From positions 126,224,416 through 126,288,415 of the forward strand of contig NC_068981.1 of NCBI RefSeq assembly GCF_001194135.2: a stretch of 64,000 bases of DNA, read 5' to 3'. Shown one piece after another: positions 33,164 to 47,400 of this stretch (positions within the stretch are counted from its first letter, which is position 1; every line of letters begins with the position of its first letter). The notes under the pieces were generated by a model, which had not been told where the DNA came from, searched no databases, and saw only the letters and a program-made list of their open reading frames with translations. This DNA comes from Octopus bimaculoides. Its lineage: Eukaryota. The position numbers and the translations under genes were made by a program.

Positions 33164-36100
33164 GTTTTGTTTTTACTAAAACAAATGCATCATAAATTTT
33201 CTATTTACTGGATATGTATGATTTCTATGTATATCTGAGTGTATAGGTATATTTATATTTGGGGAAAATTATATTTTCATAACAACCATTCACCTTGTTA
33301 AAGTAGATGACCATATTTACATGTAATGAGTGTCATATTTAATCTTTTATAAAGTCACTTCTTCAAGTATAGTGAGAAACCGTCATGTTGCTATAATCAG
33401 GAAATATAATCGCTGCCACTGCCTGAACAGGGTCAACACTTCTCCTCATCTCAGTTGCTGTATAAAGCCAGTATTGTTTTCGATATGGTAAAACCAATTT
33501 AAATCCATTTTACTTGAGAAACATTGAAACACATGCAATAATGATGATGAGAAACAAGGAATGCATTTACTCATAAATTGTTCTTCAGAATTTGAATTAC
33601 TCCTGACTGGCAGGATTAATAAGATTAATAATGATTAGTGATAAATACATTTTTTTTTAGTATATTTTGTTGCAGACTTTCCTCAGGTTTCACATAAGGT
33701 TGCACACTTTATTAAAAATTAAATGTGAGATTTGTTTACCAAAAATATAGTCACTTATTTCATGAAAGCATATATTTTCTTAATTTTTAAATCTATTTAT
33801 GTATTTATGGTTTATTTTACATACTTGTTAACTGCATTCCAAATTTTTATTTTGAGAAGATAATGAAAATAAACCACCAAATATGTAAATAATATATCTA
33901 CAAAGCATTTCCTTGAATTCTAAATATTAGCTTAGTTTCATCTTGTGTGGCAGGGACATAAGTAATTCATAATGATAGCTTTGATGGTATGAATTGTTAC
34001 TTATGAAAATAGTATACTTTTGATGTGGTGGAGATTGTGCTCATTAGTTGGTTTTGCTTAGTTATCTACCAAAGGTGGTATAAAATTCAGTCCTTAATAC
34101 CACTTTTCCATGTTTCACATAGCTGGCATAAGATAAATATCTATTAAAAGACCATTAAAGAAATAAATGTCTTTTGAGATTTACTAGAAGAAAAAAGATT
34201 GAGAAAAAAGAGATTGTTTCTGATCATTATTAATTTTTCTCTAAGTACAACAGTTCAATTAACAGTTAGGAATATAATCAAGAGAATAATCACTGTTAAA
34301 TCAATAATTTACTTTCATACTATTATTCTCATTTTTTTCATATACTTTACTTGATATGTATTCATTGATAATTCCTCTCTCAGTACCATCTTCTATATAT
34401 TGTGTATGAATTTCAAGATTAATGATTCACAAAATAATAGTGATGGTGGTCATCATAAAGTTAATGATGAATGTAAAGATATTTATTTAAAATGAAATCA
34501 TTGACTCATATAATCCCTGTTTAGAACTACAGAAATAAATTATATATAAAATTAATACAATGTAATCCTTTAATAAATACAGAATTTTGTTTGCCTGATC
34601 AAGAGTAAATCTTATTTCTTATCAGACTGATTGAACATTAGTTTTGTTCCACTCTAATTTTATCTCTTGAAAGGTTTTAGTCCAACTATGAGATAATTTT
34701 GGGGTATCCTATCTTTATATTTAGAAATTCTAAACAGTCAGTATTGTATCTTTTTAAAACATTTTCTCATGTCATTGACTTTTTGGTGTTCATTTTAAAA
34801 AAATAAACAGTTAATTACTTCCTCATCATTGAATGGTGCTTGTCCTCTTATATTATGAGCAAGCTGATTGTTTTAGGAATTTCATACCATATTATAGTTG
34901 GAGATTTTTAACACACCTTACCAAAATATTCAATTTCTGATGGATTAGGCTATGTGTTTGCTGTCCAAAGGATGCAGTTTAGATTTCCATGCATATTGCT
35001 TGTTGAAGTGGCTCTACAATACCATCTTAGTTATATCTCATGTGATAGCATCAGCACATTGCTTATCAATTTTTTTTTTTAATGTAAATTCACTTCAGCA
35101 CCCTGCTCCCACCAACATAGGTGTACATGACCCTTCACGGTCTCCAAACAGTTCACGTACAATTGAAGCTGGATTAGAAACATTTTATTAATTAGATTGG
35201 CGAAATCTATAGTAGATTATTTGATTTGTTCATTTTTCTGAATTTTCCAAATGTAGTTGAAGTAGTCATCTTCAGAAATGAATTCAATGATCTTTGGTCT
35301 GATAGCACTTGATAAACTGTCTAATCTTTGGTTACAAGTTGAATCCAATAATTTGGTCCATATGTATCCAGTGTCCCCATTCTCATTGTACTGTTTTATA
35401 AAAGTTCAACAACTTGGGATTAAAATGGTCCTTTGTTTAATAAAGTGATATAGATATTTCTTCTCGCAATCAAAAAAAAAACAATAAATATTTAGGCATT
35501 AATAAATACACTTTTTTGAGAAAGTAAGCCTTCAAAATATTTAAAGAATACAAACAGAGATATAAAGATAAATTAAAATGTATCAGTCAAGATACAGCCC
35601 AGAGGAGTCTTCTTTGTCAGTCAATTTGTAAGGAGGGATATTACTGCTTTTAGTTGTAAATCATCAAAAAATAACTTTGCACTAGCTTAGTTTACCCTAA
35701 ATCATTTTATTGAGTTGGAAAAAAAACTAATGATAGAATTGATAGATGACTGCATCAAAAATATCTCCAGTTCTCCTGTTCAGTTTCTGTTTTATTCTTG
35801 ATTCCAAAATGGTATTTGGCTTAGGTTCCCAACTTGTGACATATATCCCTTATTTATTCAGCTGCTCCTGATGTATGTAGTTGGTTGTATTTGTGTGTAA
35901 TGTATTTAATACTGTTTATCTCAGTATCAAAATATAACTCTTTTAAGTTGACCAATGAGGCTGTTTGAATCCTTGGGATTGTTTATGTCATTGTGTCAGA
36001 AGACTTAAATGAAAACTCTGAAACTTTAATTTTAAAAAAGCTTTTGATTAAAAGATTGGAATTCCTTTCCTTTTCAATTTTTGTTTTTCCTGCAAACATC

Positions 36101-36222
36101 AACCCACAAATATTTCTACCTGGGCATCAGCCATACTAATCTCAGTATCCTAAGTGGGCCTGCAAAAGTTATGAGCATAGCTCTATCTCCTCTTACTAGC
36201 TTGTATACATACATACATACAT

Positions 36223-36262
<40 letters not shown>

Positions 36263-36310
36263 ATTTATACATACATACCTATAGATACACATACATATGC
36301 TCATACATAC

Positions 36311-36349
<39 letters not shown>

Positions 36350-36985
36350 NNNNNNNNNNNNNNNNNNNNNNNNNNNNNNNNNNNNNNNNNNNNNNNNNNN
36401 NNNNNNNNNNNNNNNNNNNNNNNNNNNNNNNNNNNNNNNNNNNNNNNNNNNNNNNNNNNNNNNNNNNNNNNNNNNNNNNNNNNNNNNNNNNNNNNNNNNN
36501 NNNNNNNNNNNNNNNNNNNNNNNNNNNNNNNNNNNNNNNNNNNNNNNNNNNNNNNNNNNNNNNNNNNNNNNNNNNNNNNNNNNNNNNNNNNNNNNNNNNN
36601 NNNNNNNNNNNNNNNNNNNNNNNNNNNNNNNNNNNNNNNNNNNNNNNNNNNNNNNNNNNNNNNNNNNNNNNNNNNNNNNNNNNNNNNNNNNNNNNNNNNN
36701 NNNNNNNNNNNNNNNNNNNNNNNNNNNNNNNNNNNNNNNNNNNNNNNNNNNNNNNNNNNNNNNNNNNNNNNNNNNNNNNNNNNNNNNNNNNNNNNNNNNN
36801 NNNNNNNNNNNNNNNNNNNNNNNNNNNNNNNNNNNNNNNNNNNNNNNNNNNNNNNNNNNNNNNNNNNNNNNNNNNNNNNNNNNNNNNNNNNNNNNNNNNN
36901 NNNNNTATATATATATAAACTGTATACCTGTGTATGTGTTCATTCAAACATTACTATATACTCACACAAACACACACATATGCAC

Positions 36986-37023
<38 letters not shown>

Positions 37024-37737
37024 CTTAAATACACTATTATTGTTATTATCATTGCCATCATTTTTGTATTTAAAAGCTACAATTTTTTTTAATGTCTGGT
37101 TTCTATTGCTCTCTTATTCTGCAGTCCTTTCCTAGCTATCTCCCCCGTTCAGTTAATGTTCAACACATATGGCTGATCAACAATTGATATTGAAGGAGAT
37201 CCGCACAAATCTAGGATAGGCTGCTGTCTGCCTTGTTTCTTGTTTATGTAGTCAGTAAAACAAACTGACCTCTGGTACAGTTTGCATTTTTGCTCCAATC
37301 ACTTGTCATGTGTTCAAAATATTGATTTATATAACAATTATTAACTGAAATACAAAATGGAAAAAAAATTTTAAAAATTTTTCTCTCATAACAATATTGA
37401 ACCTTTTTATTAGCTTCCTCTTCTGTAAGAAATTGTTTGAAATGCTAAAGAGGTTATGCTAATAAACCTGCAGTTACTTTTGAATGAGCACAGACAAAGT
37501 TTCTTACTTGGTGTTTTCAGAAGGCATCGCTTAATGTTTGTGGCAATGTCACTGCTTATGTTGGTTGTCACCATTTTAATGCATCTTAATGATCATGTTG
37601 ACAAAAGAAGTAAATGTAAAAATTAGCTCCCTCTTATTTAAGTAAAATTAAAGCAGAATTTAAATAATAGACATGATGATGATACAAAACTTTTTAATGA
37701 TTTTGTTTCTTTATATCATTTATCAATCATTCTTGAA

Positions 37738-37784
<47 letters not shown>

Positions 37785-39793
37785 GTAAGAAGTTAATATT
37801 ATTGTCATCATCATCTGTGGGACCTAACTGCTTTGGATTTATCCTTTTGTGGTGCAACATAAAAGCATTATTAATGTTATCATCATTATTACTTGCACCC
37901 CTGCAGCCTATTAATAAAGGGTGCATCCATTTGTTTTGTGATGTAACAAAAGAATTATACATGAGATTTTTTTGTATTTTTTAAACTTTTTTTTTATGAA
38001 GAATATTTGCATTCTTCCCCCTTTACATGAGCATATGTTGTACTTCTTCCCTCTCAACCTTTTGGCCACTTCTCTTTACCTAAAGTCTCTTGATTTTTCA
38101 CTCAGTCAGCTTTTCAGAACTGGTTATGGTATCTGAAACTTGTAGTAAAGGAAGTTGATTCTCTCCTTGTTTGCCATTGTGGGTTTAATTTTGGCAACTT
38201 TTGATGTGAAGTTGAAACACTGCTATAGAAGTGGGGGAATAAGATAAAGAAAAAAAAAAAAAGAAAGAAAGAAAGAAAGAAAAAAAGGAGAAACGTAACT
38301 TAAACCATCATTACTAAATTCATACTAACATTATATCTAACCAAAAGTTGGTTCCAATATGAAACCTACTTTTGGTTTGTTTCCTCCAGATTAAGGTTAT
38401 AAGGAAAAACACTGCTCTATTTTTTGTATGTATTTTTCTGTATATTTTCAACATCAATAATTTATCAATGTAGACAAATCACTAATGCAACATGTCTCAT
38501 AAAATCAGGATCTGCATCTAATTACAATGAATTACAAACTTTTTTTACAAACTATGATAACTGGTGTTTTCTAAGTACTTCATCTGTTGCATCATTGAGC
38601 ACCAACAGGTGAACATGCACATCAAAGTGATACACTAGTATAAAGAAAAAAATAACAAGAAGAATCCAGAAAGAAAAAGAAAAAAAAGAGAACTTGTTTG
38701 TTTATTTTTTAATTGCCTTTCTTCTGCTTAAAAATGTGATAGGTTGACTGCCTCACTTTTTCTTTTTATATTTCAAAAAGTGTTTTAATTAAAACAAATT
38801 TTTTTTTAAATTCCATAACCAGTTTTTAGAAGTATGTGCTGGGAAGAGGAGCAAGAGATATTTGAAGCTCTATTTGCTCCACTCTCTTAATACCTAGTTC
38901 CCATACTGGGGTCTACTGTTGCTCTCCCTCAATACCAAGATTCTGAAAGAAAATTAATATTCTTCCATAACCCACATTTTAATGCCCCTTCCCAATGTTG
39001 TTCATCTTGTTGTTGTTGTTGTTGTAAACTGAGCTTTCTTTGTGATCCCTAATGCTGATGGCTCATAATGCATTCAACTACACAATCCTTTAAGTGGTAA
39101 AGCGTTCCCAAATGTTTCTTTTATTATTTTCTGCTTAAACATGAACATAAAAAACATAGACAAAAATAAGCTATAGACTAGTTGTTTTTTTTACATTCAG
39201 TATCCACATTATATCAAATTGAACATTATAATAGATTAATTTCTTATCTATATTTAACTGCTGTTAATATTTTATCTACTACATTTTAAATATTTGTTGA
39301 ATCTTTTTTAATGAAATCACTGATGTGTAACATCTTATGAAATGACACTATTATTTAATACACTGCTATTGAATGTCAGAAGTTGATTATATCTGTTCGT
39401 GAATCAACTAATAGAGACCAAGCACATACATTGTATTAAAGAATTTTGGCATTGTTACATTGGTTAATATAAGTTTTATATTTGGTTCAAGTTTTTGTTT
39501 TTATATAATATTACACTTCATGTTTGGATAACAAAATTTATAAGCTAAGATAAGTTTGTGTGCCATACAAGTTCTGACATTCTGAGCAGAGTTATCGTCA
39601 GTGTAGAATCATGACTAATCTCCTTGGTTCCCAGTCAAAAAAATTTTTTTGCTTAATTAGATGGTTGACACCTCATTTACAATGTTTTATTCCAATTGAG
39701 AAATCTTGCTTTTGCTCTACCAGGTCTAACTCTACTTAATTAACAGACATTATTCAAGGAATATGGCACTTAGATTTCAGCAATGCAACAGTT

Positions 39794-39838
<45 letters not shown>

Positions 39839-40250
39839 TGGATATCAGCACGTAAGAATTTCATTTGCCTCATAATTCATAGTGGTCATTTAACTTCATT
39901 ATTTGGAAGTATTGTATCATATCAGTGTAATGATATTCAGAATAGCCACAACTCATTGGCTGGAACCAGTAAAGGAATAGTATAAGTTAGGAAGTAGAGA
40001 GGGTTTTCTTCATATGTACTACTATTACCCTTTTAGAAAGAGGCCTGGACATTGCAATGTCTCACTTCTTTCAACTGTAGAATTGTGATCTTGTTGTGCC
40101 TAAGAAATCAGTTTTGAAGGATTTTATGTTGGCCAAATAAGTCACTCATTAACTTTTGTACTGGCAAACTTTTTTAACTTCTCAATCAGAAAAATAAGAT
40201 TTTCCAATTCTTTTTTAAACGCCATCTAGAATTTTCCTTTTCATCATGAC

Positions 40251-40300
<50 letters not shown>

Positions 40301-40687
40301 ATAATTTAGTTCTGATGTCAAATGTTGTAGTGTTAACTCATTAAGTATGTTCTCTAACCATAGAAACTCTTTATACACTGCCTCCATTCTATTTTCATAG
40401 ATTCCCTTTAACATTTGAAGGACTGTGAAGATTGTTATTATGTAATCATTGTCATACACTCATTATCATTGTATATAACATCAGTATCTTTGTTACTGAT
40501 TATTCTTGTAGGCAGACTGAAAGACTAATTGTTGGGAAGCTTCAAAGCTTTTATCAGTTATGTATCTTTTTTTTTTTTTTTTNNNNNNNNNNNNNNNNNN
40601 NNNNNNNNNNNNNNNNNNNNNNNNNNNNNNNNNNNNNNNNNNNNNNNNNNNNNNNNNNNNNNNNNNNNNNNNNNNNNNNNNNNNNNN

Positions 40688-40725
<38 letters not shown>

Positions 40726-40962
40726 TATACATTTTGATGTTTCCTTTCCGGCATATTTTTTTTAATTAACTTTCAATACAAAAGATTTTGTCAAGTTTGA
40801 AAGGTGACACATATGTAAAGAACTGTTTTCCTTTTCTAAAAAATTAATCTGTTGCCAGTGCAGACTTTTGTTGAATGTGTGCAATGTTTAAGGCTGAAAA
40901 TTGTTAATAGATGAGGATATATTTGTTGTCAAATTGCTACTGCTTCAACCACCACCACCAGT

Positions 40963-41012
<50 letters not shown>

Positions 41013-42087
41013 ATTATAAAAATTTTCCTTTTACACTTGTAACAAGGAAGATAGCTTTTGTGTCGTTAGCCCTTTACTCTCTGCACTCAGCATAGCATAA
41101 TGTAATTTACACTTGAGTGTTGCAGTGATTGTGTGGAGAAACCATTGGATTTTTTGCTCTTATCCATCATATTTTGCTGCAAGAGATATTATTATCGTCT
41201 GCTGACAAGACACCTAACCAATAGGTACATAGGCTTTTGGTTTTTTTCTCTTATTGCTATACTATTAAGGTAATACTATTATTGGTAATAGTGATCAATT
41301 GCTGCACTAAATACTTATTACTCTTGCCCAACCTGGTTCTACAATCAAACACTGCTAGAATTCGCTTCACTTTTTAATTCTCTATGATCTGTTTATTAAA
41401 TAAGTAGTGGTGGTTATAATTTGCTTAAGCAGTTTACTTCATGGTATTCCTTCACAAAATTTTGTGAGTTTATTCTTTTTTTTTTTTTTTGGTGGGAGCG
41501 GTCGTGGGGCAACCCTAAACATAACATTATTGGTTTGTTACTTTTCATTTGCTTTGAATTCAATTTAGATAAAGGAATTAGATGTTGAATTAGTTTTGTG
41601 TTTTCTTAAACACTGTAAGATAAACTGCAATACACACACACATGTATATAGCTTACTGTTCTGTTAAGCCTAAGATCAACAAAAAAGTACTCCATGCAGT
41701 GAAGACTTATATCATTTTATGTACACTGTATAAAGATAAGAGCTACTAATAGTTTCTTGCTTCAGAGATGCAGGTGTAGGCAGGTTTTTATAACACGCCT
41801 TGTGTCTTCAAGCAATTTCTAACTCTGAGCACATGTTCTGTTCAATTTGTTTATCAGGATGCTGGTAGAAGAGAAACCACGAGAAAAAAAAAAACCCAAA
41901 CAAGCAGAAACTAGATGCAAAGAGTGGAAGTGTGAATAAACACGGAAAAGGAAAAGTAAAATAGAAAATTAGAGTTATTTCCCCTTCTACTGTAAAGCCA
42001 TAATTAAGCTTATTGTAGAATAATCCAACGGAGGGGTCCAGGGTAGAATAATTCAACACAACTATCTTGCAGACTTTAGACACACAC

Positions 42088-42124
<37 letters not shown>

Positions 42125-42265
42125 GTGCTACTCGGCATGTGTATATTTTAGGTCAGTTGAAATTTTGTTCTTTAAATTGTTATGTTGATAAATTCTTTTA
42201 GCAACAGTCTACACATTAAAATGGCAACTTCAGGTCTGGCTATGTTATATTAATCTTTATCATCT

Positions 42266-42317
<52 letters not shown>

Positions 42318-43434
42318 CATACATACATATAATGTGTGTGTGTGTTTCCATTGCTCTCTCTCTTTCTCTCTCTCTCTCCCTTGCGTGCTAAAAGTTGCTT
42401 TTTGATGGTTGGCATTTTTTGTTTGTTTTTGTTAACCAACTGTATAACTGGAACTGATTGCGGGGATGTATGTACTAGAGTGGTTGTGACCGTCTACATC
42501 ATGTTAATGATATGCATTAAGCTTTATAGCGCCAATGTGAATATGAAGAAAACATTAAGAAAATGTAAAAAAGCTAAAATATAAAAAAGAATAAAAATTT
42601 CAGACTATGAAAATTAAAAGATTGGACAAAAAAAAAAAAAGAAAGAAAAGAAAAATGAAAAGAAAGAAAATATCAAAAGATGTGTATGTTTGCCTAGATG
42701 TGCAATCTGTCATATCTGTAAGAGTTCATCACTTGAAAGCTGGGTATTTGAAGCTGTGCAGTACATTTCTTCACTGTGACTGTTGAATCATGAGAAGTTT
42801 TGTATTGTTGACAGGAGCAAGTTACCAGCCACTAAACACTAATTGATACTGTGGAAAAACAGTAGTTTTGGTGGTGCCACTAGAGAGAAAAACTGACAAA
42901 GTTTCCTATAAAAAAAAAAGCTGGATGCAGGAGGTTGTAATCTCTTGTTAAACATCAATTCTTTACCATTGTCCAGTGGCCCTTTTCCCATCTCCACCCT
43001 CACTACTGATCCCCTCCCCCCACGCCCCCTCCACCTCTCTTGCTTTACTCTCTTCACAAATGTGTTCATAGCAGATTGTAAGCTGGGCTGCATATTTTCT
43101 TCGTCCACTTGTTCTCTAGATCTAAATTTTAATAATCCATACCAATTCTGAATAACCATCACATTAGTGAGCAGGCTAAGCTACTTTACCTGCCTGTATG
43201 ATGTATTATATCACTCAAATCTTCTAGGAAATACTGAATAAATGATTTTAGCAATTTGTACCAAATCATTTGTTAATGACTTATTAGCATTGCCCTATCA
43301 TCTCTGCTTGATCAACCATTTGCCACTCTTTTTTTTTCATCTTTTCATACTTACATCCATTCTTTTTGTTTTTTTTTGGTTGCCAAAACGAATTTGTATA
43401 TATTTAATATTCATGTTTGCTTTAATGTATGTCT

Positions 43435-43440
43435 AATAAA
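43435..43440 (+). terminator. Candidate distal plus-strand polyadenylation signal
   Basis: AATAAA preceded by TGTA motifs (tgtatatatt, aatgtatgtc) and followed by a T-rich tract. Confidence 0.25.
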
Positions 43441-43671
43441 ATTCCATTTTTTATTTTATTTTTGTAATTAGCCATGCATCTAAACCCTAATTTAGCAATA
43501 GCAATAGTTGCTGCTTTGAATTCACATGATCAAATGTAAAAGATCATACTATAGTTTGTATTACAAACATGTTTGATACTTACAAGCAGACAAAGGTAAT
43601 TGACTGCATAGTTTCCTAATTACCAAAGGAATTGAAATAACACAGTATATTAATAGAGATAAGCCTTTCTG

Positions 43672-44108
43672 GCACTTGTGCCCGTGACATGTGTAAGGAT
43701 TTTTGAGCGAGATCGTTGCCAGTGCCCCTGGACTGGCTCTTGTGCAGGTGGCACATAAAATACACCATTTTGAGCGTGGCCGTTGCCAGTACCGCTTGAC
43801 TGGCCTTCATAGGATTTTCGAGCGAGATTGTTGCCAGTGCCCCTGGACTGGCTCTTGTGCGGGTGACACATAAAATACACCATTTTGAGCGTGGCCGTTG
43901 CCAGTACCGCCTGACTGGCCTTCGTGCGAATGACACGTAAAAGCACCCACTACACTCTCTGAGTGGTTGGCGTTAGGAAGGGCATCCAGCTGTAGAAACT
44001 CTGCCAAATCAGATTGGAGCCTGGTGTAGCCATCTGGTTTCACCAGTCCTCAGTCAAATCGTCCAACCCATGCTAGCATGGAAAACAGACGTTAAACGAT
44101 GATGATGA
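43672..44108 (+). mobile_element. Long-type RTE 3' UTR copy with a 115-bp internal duplication
   Basis: Repeat units start at 43697 and 43812, followed by the shared ggcgttaggaagggcatccagc block, the ccatgctagcatgg palindrome and a (GAT)n tail. Confidence 0.85.
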
Positions 44109-44914
44109 TAAGGTTTTATTATTTTTTATTTCTAATATAAGTTGGGGATCTAACCTGTGGTTATAAATTGTCATGTAAGTGGAATTTTATGTAATTCTGT
44201 GGCAGAATATTGAAACAGCCACAATTTTCAGAGGCATAAAACTGTGTACACACACAGAAATAAATGACTAACAAAGGATGGATAAATGTCAGTTCATTAC
44301 AGCTGTTTCGAATGCATTTTTTAATAGATGAATGAGTACATTACATCACAGCAAAAAACCATTTTCATCAGATGATACATAGAATTTCAAACAATAGAAC
44401 GCTCCATGAACATGGTGGGAACACACCTAGACTCCAGCCTGTTGGACATCCTAGAGTATACCAAACACTGTGCACTTTGGATCAGCCCCTAGGTGTTAAA
44501 TGCTAATAAGGGTTAAATTCTCTGTATGCATAACCTGAATAGTTCACTGGATGTACTTCAGTACCCAGTATATTTATTCAACTAAAGGTGGTGTTTACAA
44601 GTTAATTTGACCCATCCTGGTACCTATCATTTAAGTACCTGATTCTCTCTTGAATCCTTGATATTGTGTGTGTGTGTGTATATTATACAGTGCACTCAGT
44701 TGTAAATGTTAACTCTGTGATGGATTGGCATATCATTCAAGGTGAATGTTTGTCAACCTGCCTAGCCAGCAGGGTAGCATCATCCACAAATGCAAGGAAA
44801 CACATTATGACCAGTGGTGTATAACATCTAACAGTCTAGTTGCTACAATGATATGTGTACTTTGAATTATGTTGAATAAATGAGGGAGGAATACTTGATA
44901 TATATATGATCTGT

Positions 44915-45033
44915 TTAAATTGAATGCTTATCTTGTAACTCAAGTTTCATGTCAGTGTACTCTTTAGGCAGTTATTGTTCCTGAAGATCACACTGACATG
45001 AAATTCAAATGTTAAGATAAACATTCAGTTTAA
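44915..45033. other. Fold-back inverted repeat, pre-miRNA-like or MITE relic
   Basis: 14 perfect bp, a 2x2 internal loop, 8 bp (one G:U) and an 11-nt loop, plus an imperfect outer stem. Confidence 0.55.
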
Positions 45034-45328
45034 TAAACTATGATTTATGGGAAAAGTTGGGCTGATTATATCATTTGTTTGTTAATGCTAGTGTCATAAG
45101 TGAAGTAGTTTCAAATGGGGATTGAAACCAGATTTATCTTATAATATACATGAACAAAAATGTTGTGGATTACACATACTCAAGGAGGCCAATCACTTGT
45201 CTATTGCTTTTCTAATGGTAAATGTGGCAAAAATCAAATATGACAGGGTAATTTGTTAAGCATCAGTCTTTTTTGTTCTTTCAATGATGTTTATATTTTT
45301 CACCGATGTACATTGGCTAAAGATATAT

Positions 45329-47400
45329 ATCATCATCGTTGTTTAATGTCCACTTTCCATGCTGGCATGGGTTGGATGCAACTGTCTTACCAGAAATATA
45401 GCATCAGTAGTGCTTTTCCCTGGCACAAACCCAAACTGCATCTCGTCTAAACTATGACCCTTTCTATGACTTTCATTACCTGATCCAGCAACTTGATACC
45501 TCTGTAATTATTTGTATCTAATGCATCACCTTTACCTTTGTAGCAGTCGACTATGGTGCTGCTACACCTGTAATTGGGTATGACTCCTTCATGTATCACC
45601 TGATTGATTATACTGGTGACTAGACTATAGCCAACATGGCCAGATATTTCAAGCATCTCTGCGGTGATTCCTGATGAGCTGGGGCTTTCCCTGTCCTCAT
45701 ACCCTTAATTGGTTTATCTACCAAGGTACTGTCAATTCTCTCCTATGACATCATGATTCTCTCTCACACACTGTCTTGCGACATGAAACCCTTCAAGTCT
45801 TTGGTCCGCACAACATAGAACATCGGCAAATTTTTTCTTATCTGCTTCCCCTCTGGCTAAGTAAACCCGTCTCCTAGTTTCCCTTCTGGCAATCTGATAC
45901 AATTCCCTGCTACCACCAGTTCNNNNNNNNNNAAACACGTCTCCTAGTTTCCCTTCTGGCAATCTGATACAATTCCCTGCTACCACCAGTTCTTCCATGC
46001 CTGTTTCTTTTCCCTAATGGCCCTGTCAACTACATTGTTGTACGACCACGTTACCTTGGGTCGAGAGGGGTCTTTGCACCATCTACAGATCTGGTCAATA
46101 GCCCTCAACAGGTTGTCCCGCAGAAATCTCCAGTTGCCTTCCACATCATGTGATGCTATATCCCCCTCTATCTTGTCAAAAGCTTTGAGAAAATACGTCT
46201 GTAAATCTCTGTCCATTCGCAGGATCCTTAAGCTTCCAGACCCTTCTCCATACTGGCCATCTTCTGGGTATCCATTTAGCCCTGATCCTGAAGTCACTAA
46301 CTACTAATCTATGTTGTGGGGTGCATTCTTCACCTGGGAAGGTTTTGGCATTTGTAAGTAGCCATCTTTCCCATTTCCTGGAGAGGATGTAATCAGTTTG
46401 ACTAGTGTGTCCACCAGATTGGTAGGTGAATAGGTGGCTGGCAGGTTTCCTGAAGTTAGTATTACAAACCATAAAATCATTTGCATCGCAGAACTCCAGC
46501 AGCCTGGTTCCCTCCTAATTGCAGGAACCAGACCATAGCCTCCATGTACGCCATGGAAGCCCTCTGCATGTTGTCCAACATGTCCATTGAAGTTGCCAGC
46601 TACAAAGAGAAGGTCCCTGTCCATCGTTGATGAAGTAGTCTGCAGGAGGGTGTCATAAAACCTGTCTTTCTGTTCATCAGATAGCCCTGGCTTAGGAACA
46701 TAGGCCCAGATAATGGTTGCTAAACCATGTTGCAGCAGTAATCTAATCTAATATTCCATCACAGACTCCGACTACCTTGATTACCTTATCAACCTGTTTC
46801 TCTGCTAGATATATACTCACGCCCCCGACCCCATCAGTATTCCCTGCCCAGAAAATCTGATGTTCTTTGTCTCTGAGGAACCTAGCAGAACTTCCTCTCC
46901 ACCTTACTTCTTGGATGCAGCACAAATCTACATGTCTCCATTCAAGTATCTCAACAATCAAACCAGACCTTTTCAGTGAGCCAACCCTGAAGGTGTGGGC
47001 CCATGAGACCCTGGGATGGGGGACAGCAGCATCATGTACCTGAAAAGAAAGCTCGCATTTGGCAGAACTCATAAACATTCCTGCACACACTACACCATCA
47101 TTCTTTATGTGCTACATAATCACTACGTTACATAGGAGGAGACAAATCCTAAGTAGGGATGGAGGAGCATTAAGCCTTTGGAGGTAGAGAGAGACATCTG
47201 ATAGAGGTAAGAGGATAGAGACTTCCAATACAGGTGGTGGGGGTGGGAAGGGCAGGCTATAACCAAGAGTTTTCAGTCGGCCAAATTGACATAATTAGAT
47301 AAATGAATGAATAAATGAGCGTGAAATAGGGAGAGAGAGAGGATCAAGTGTAGGGATCTTAAGTTTTTTTCTCTAAACATACAGCATGAAAGATGAAACT
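45329..47400 (-). mobile_element. Internally deleted RTE LINE: pyrimidine-rich 5' region, APE endonuclease and start of RT, joined to the 3' terminal tail
   Basis: EN motifs VDLCCIQEVRWRG, AGNFNGHVG, TDYIL and QHRLVV, then NYRGIKLLDQVMK and QFGFVPGKSTTDAIFLVRQL. At 45377/45376 it switches abruptly to tccaacccatgccagcatggaaagtggacattaaacaacgatgatg. The 5' boundary is approximate. Confidence 0.88.

Noticed and set aside
38339-38377. Small hairpin aaccaaaagt...acttttggtt
   Set aside because: A 10-bp AT-rich stem in AT-rich DNA is too short for a pre-miRNA and is plausible by chance.
45863-45992. 60-bp direct repeat flanking a 10-N gap
   Set aside because: Typical unmerged contig overlap with one mismatch; treated as an assembly artefact.
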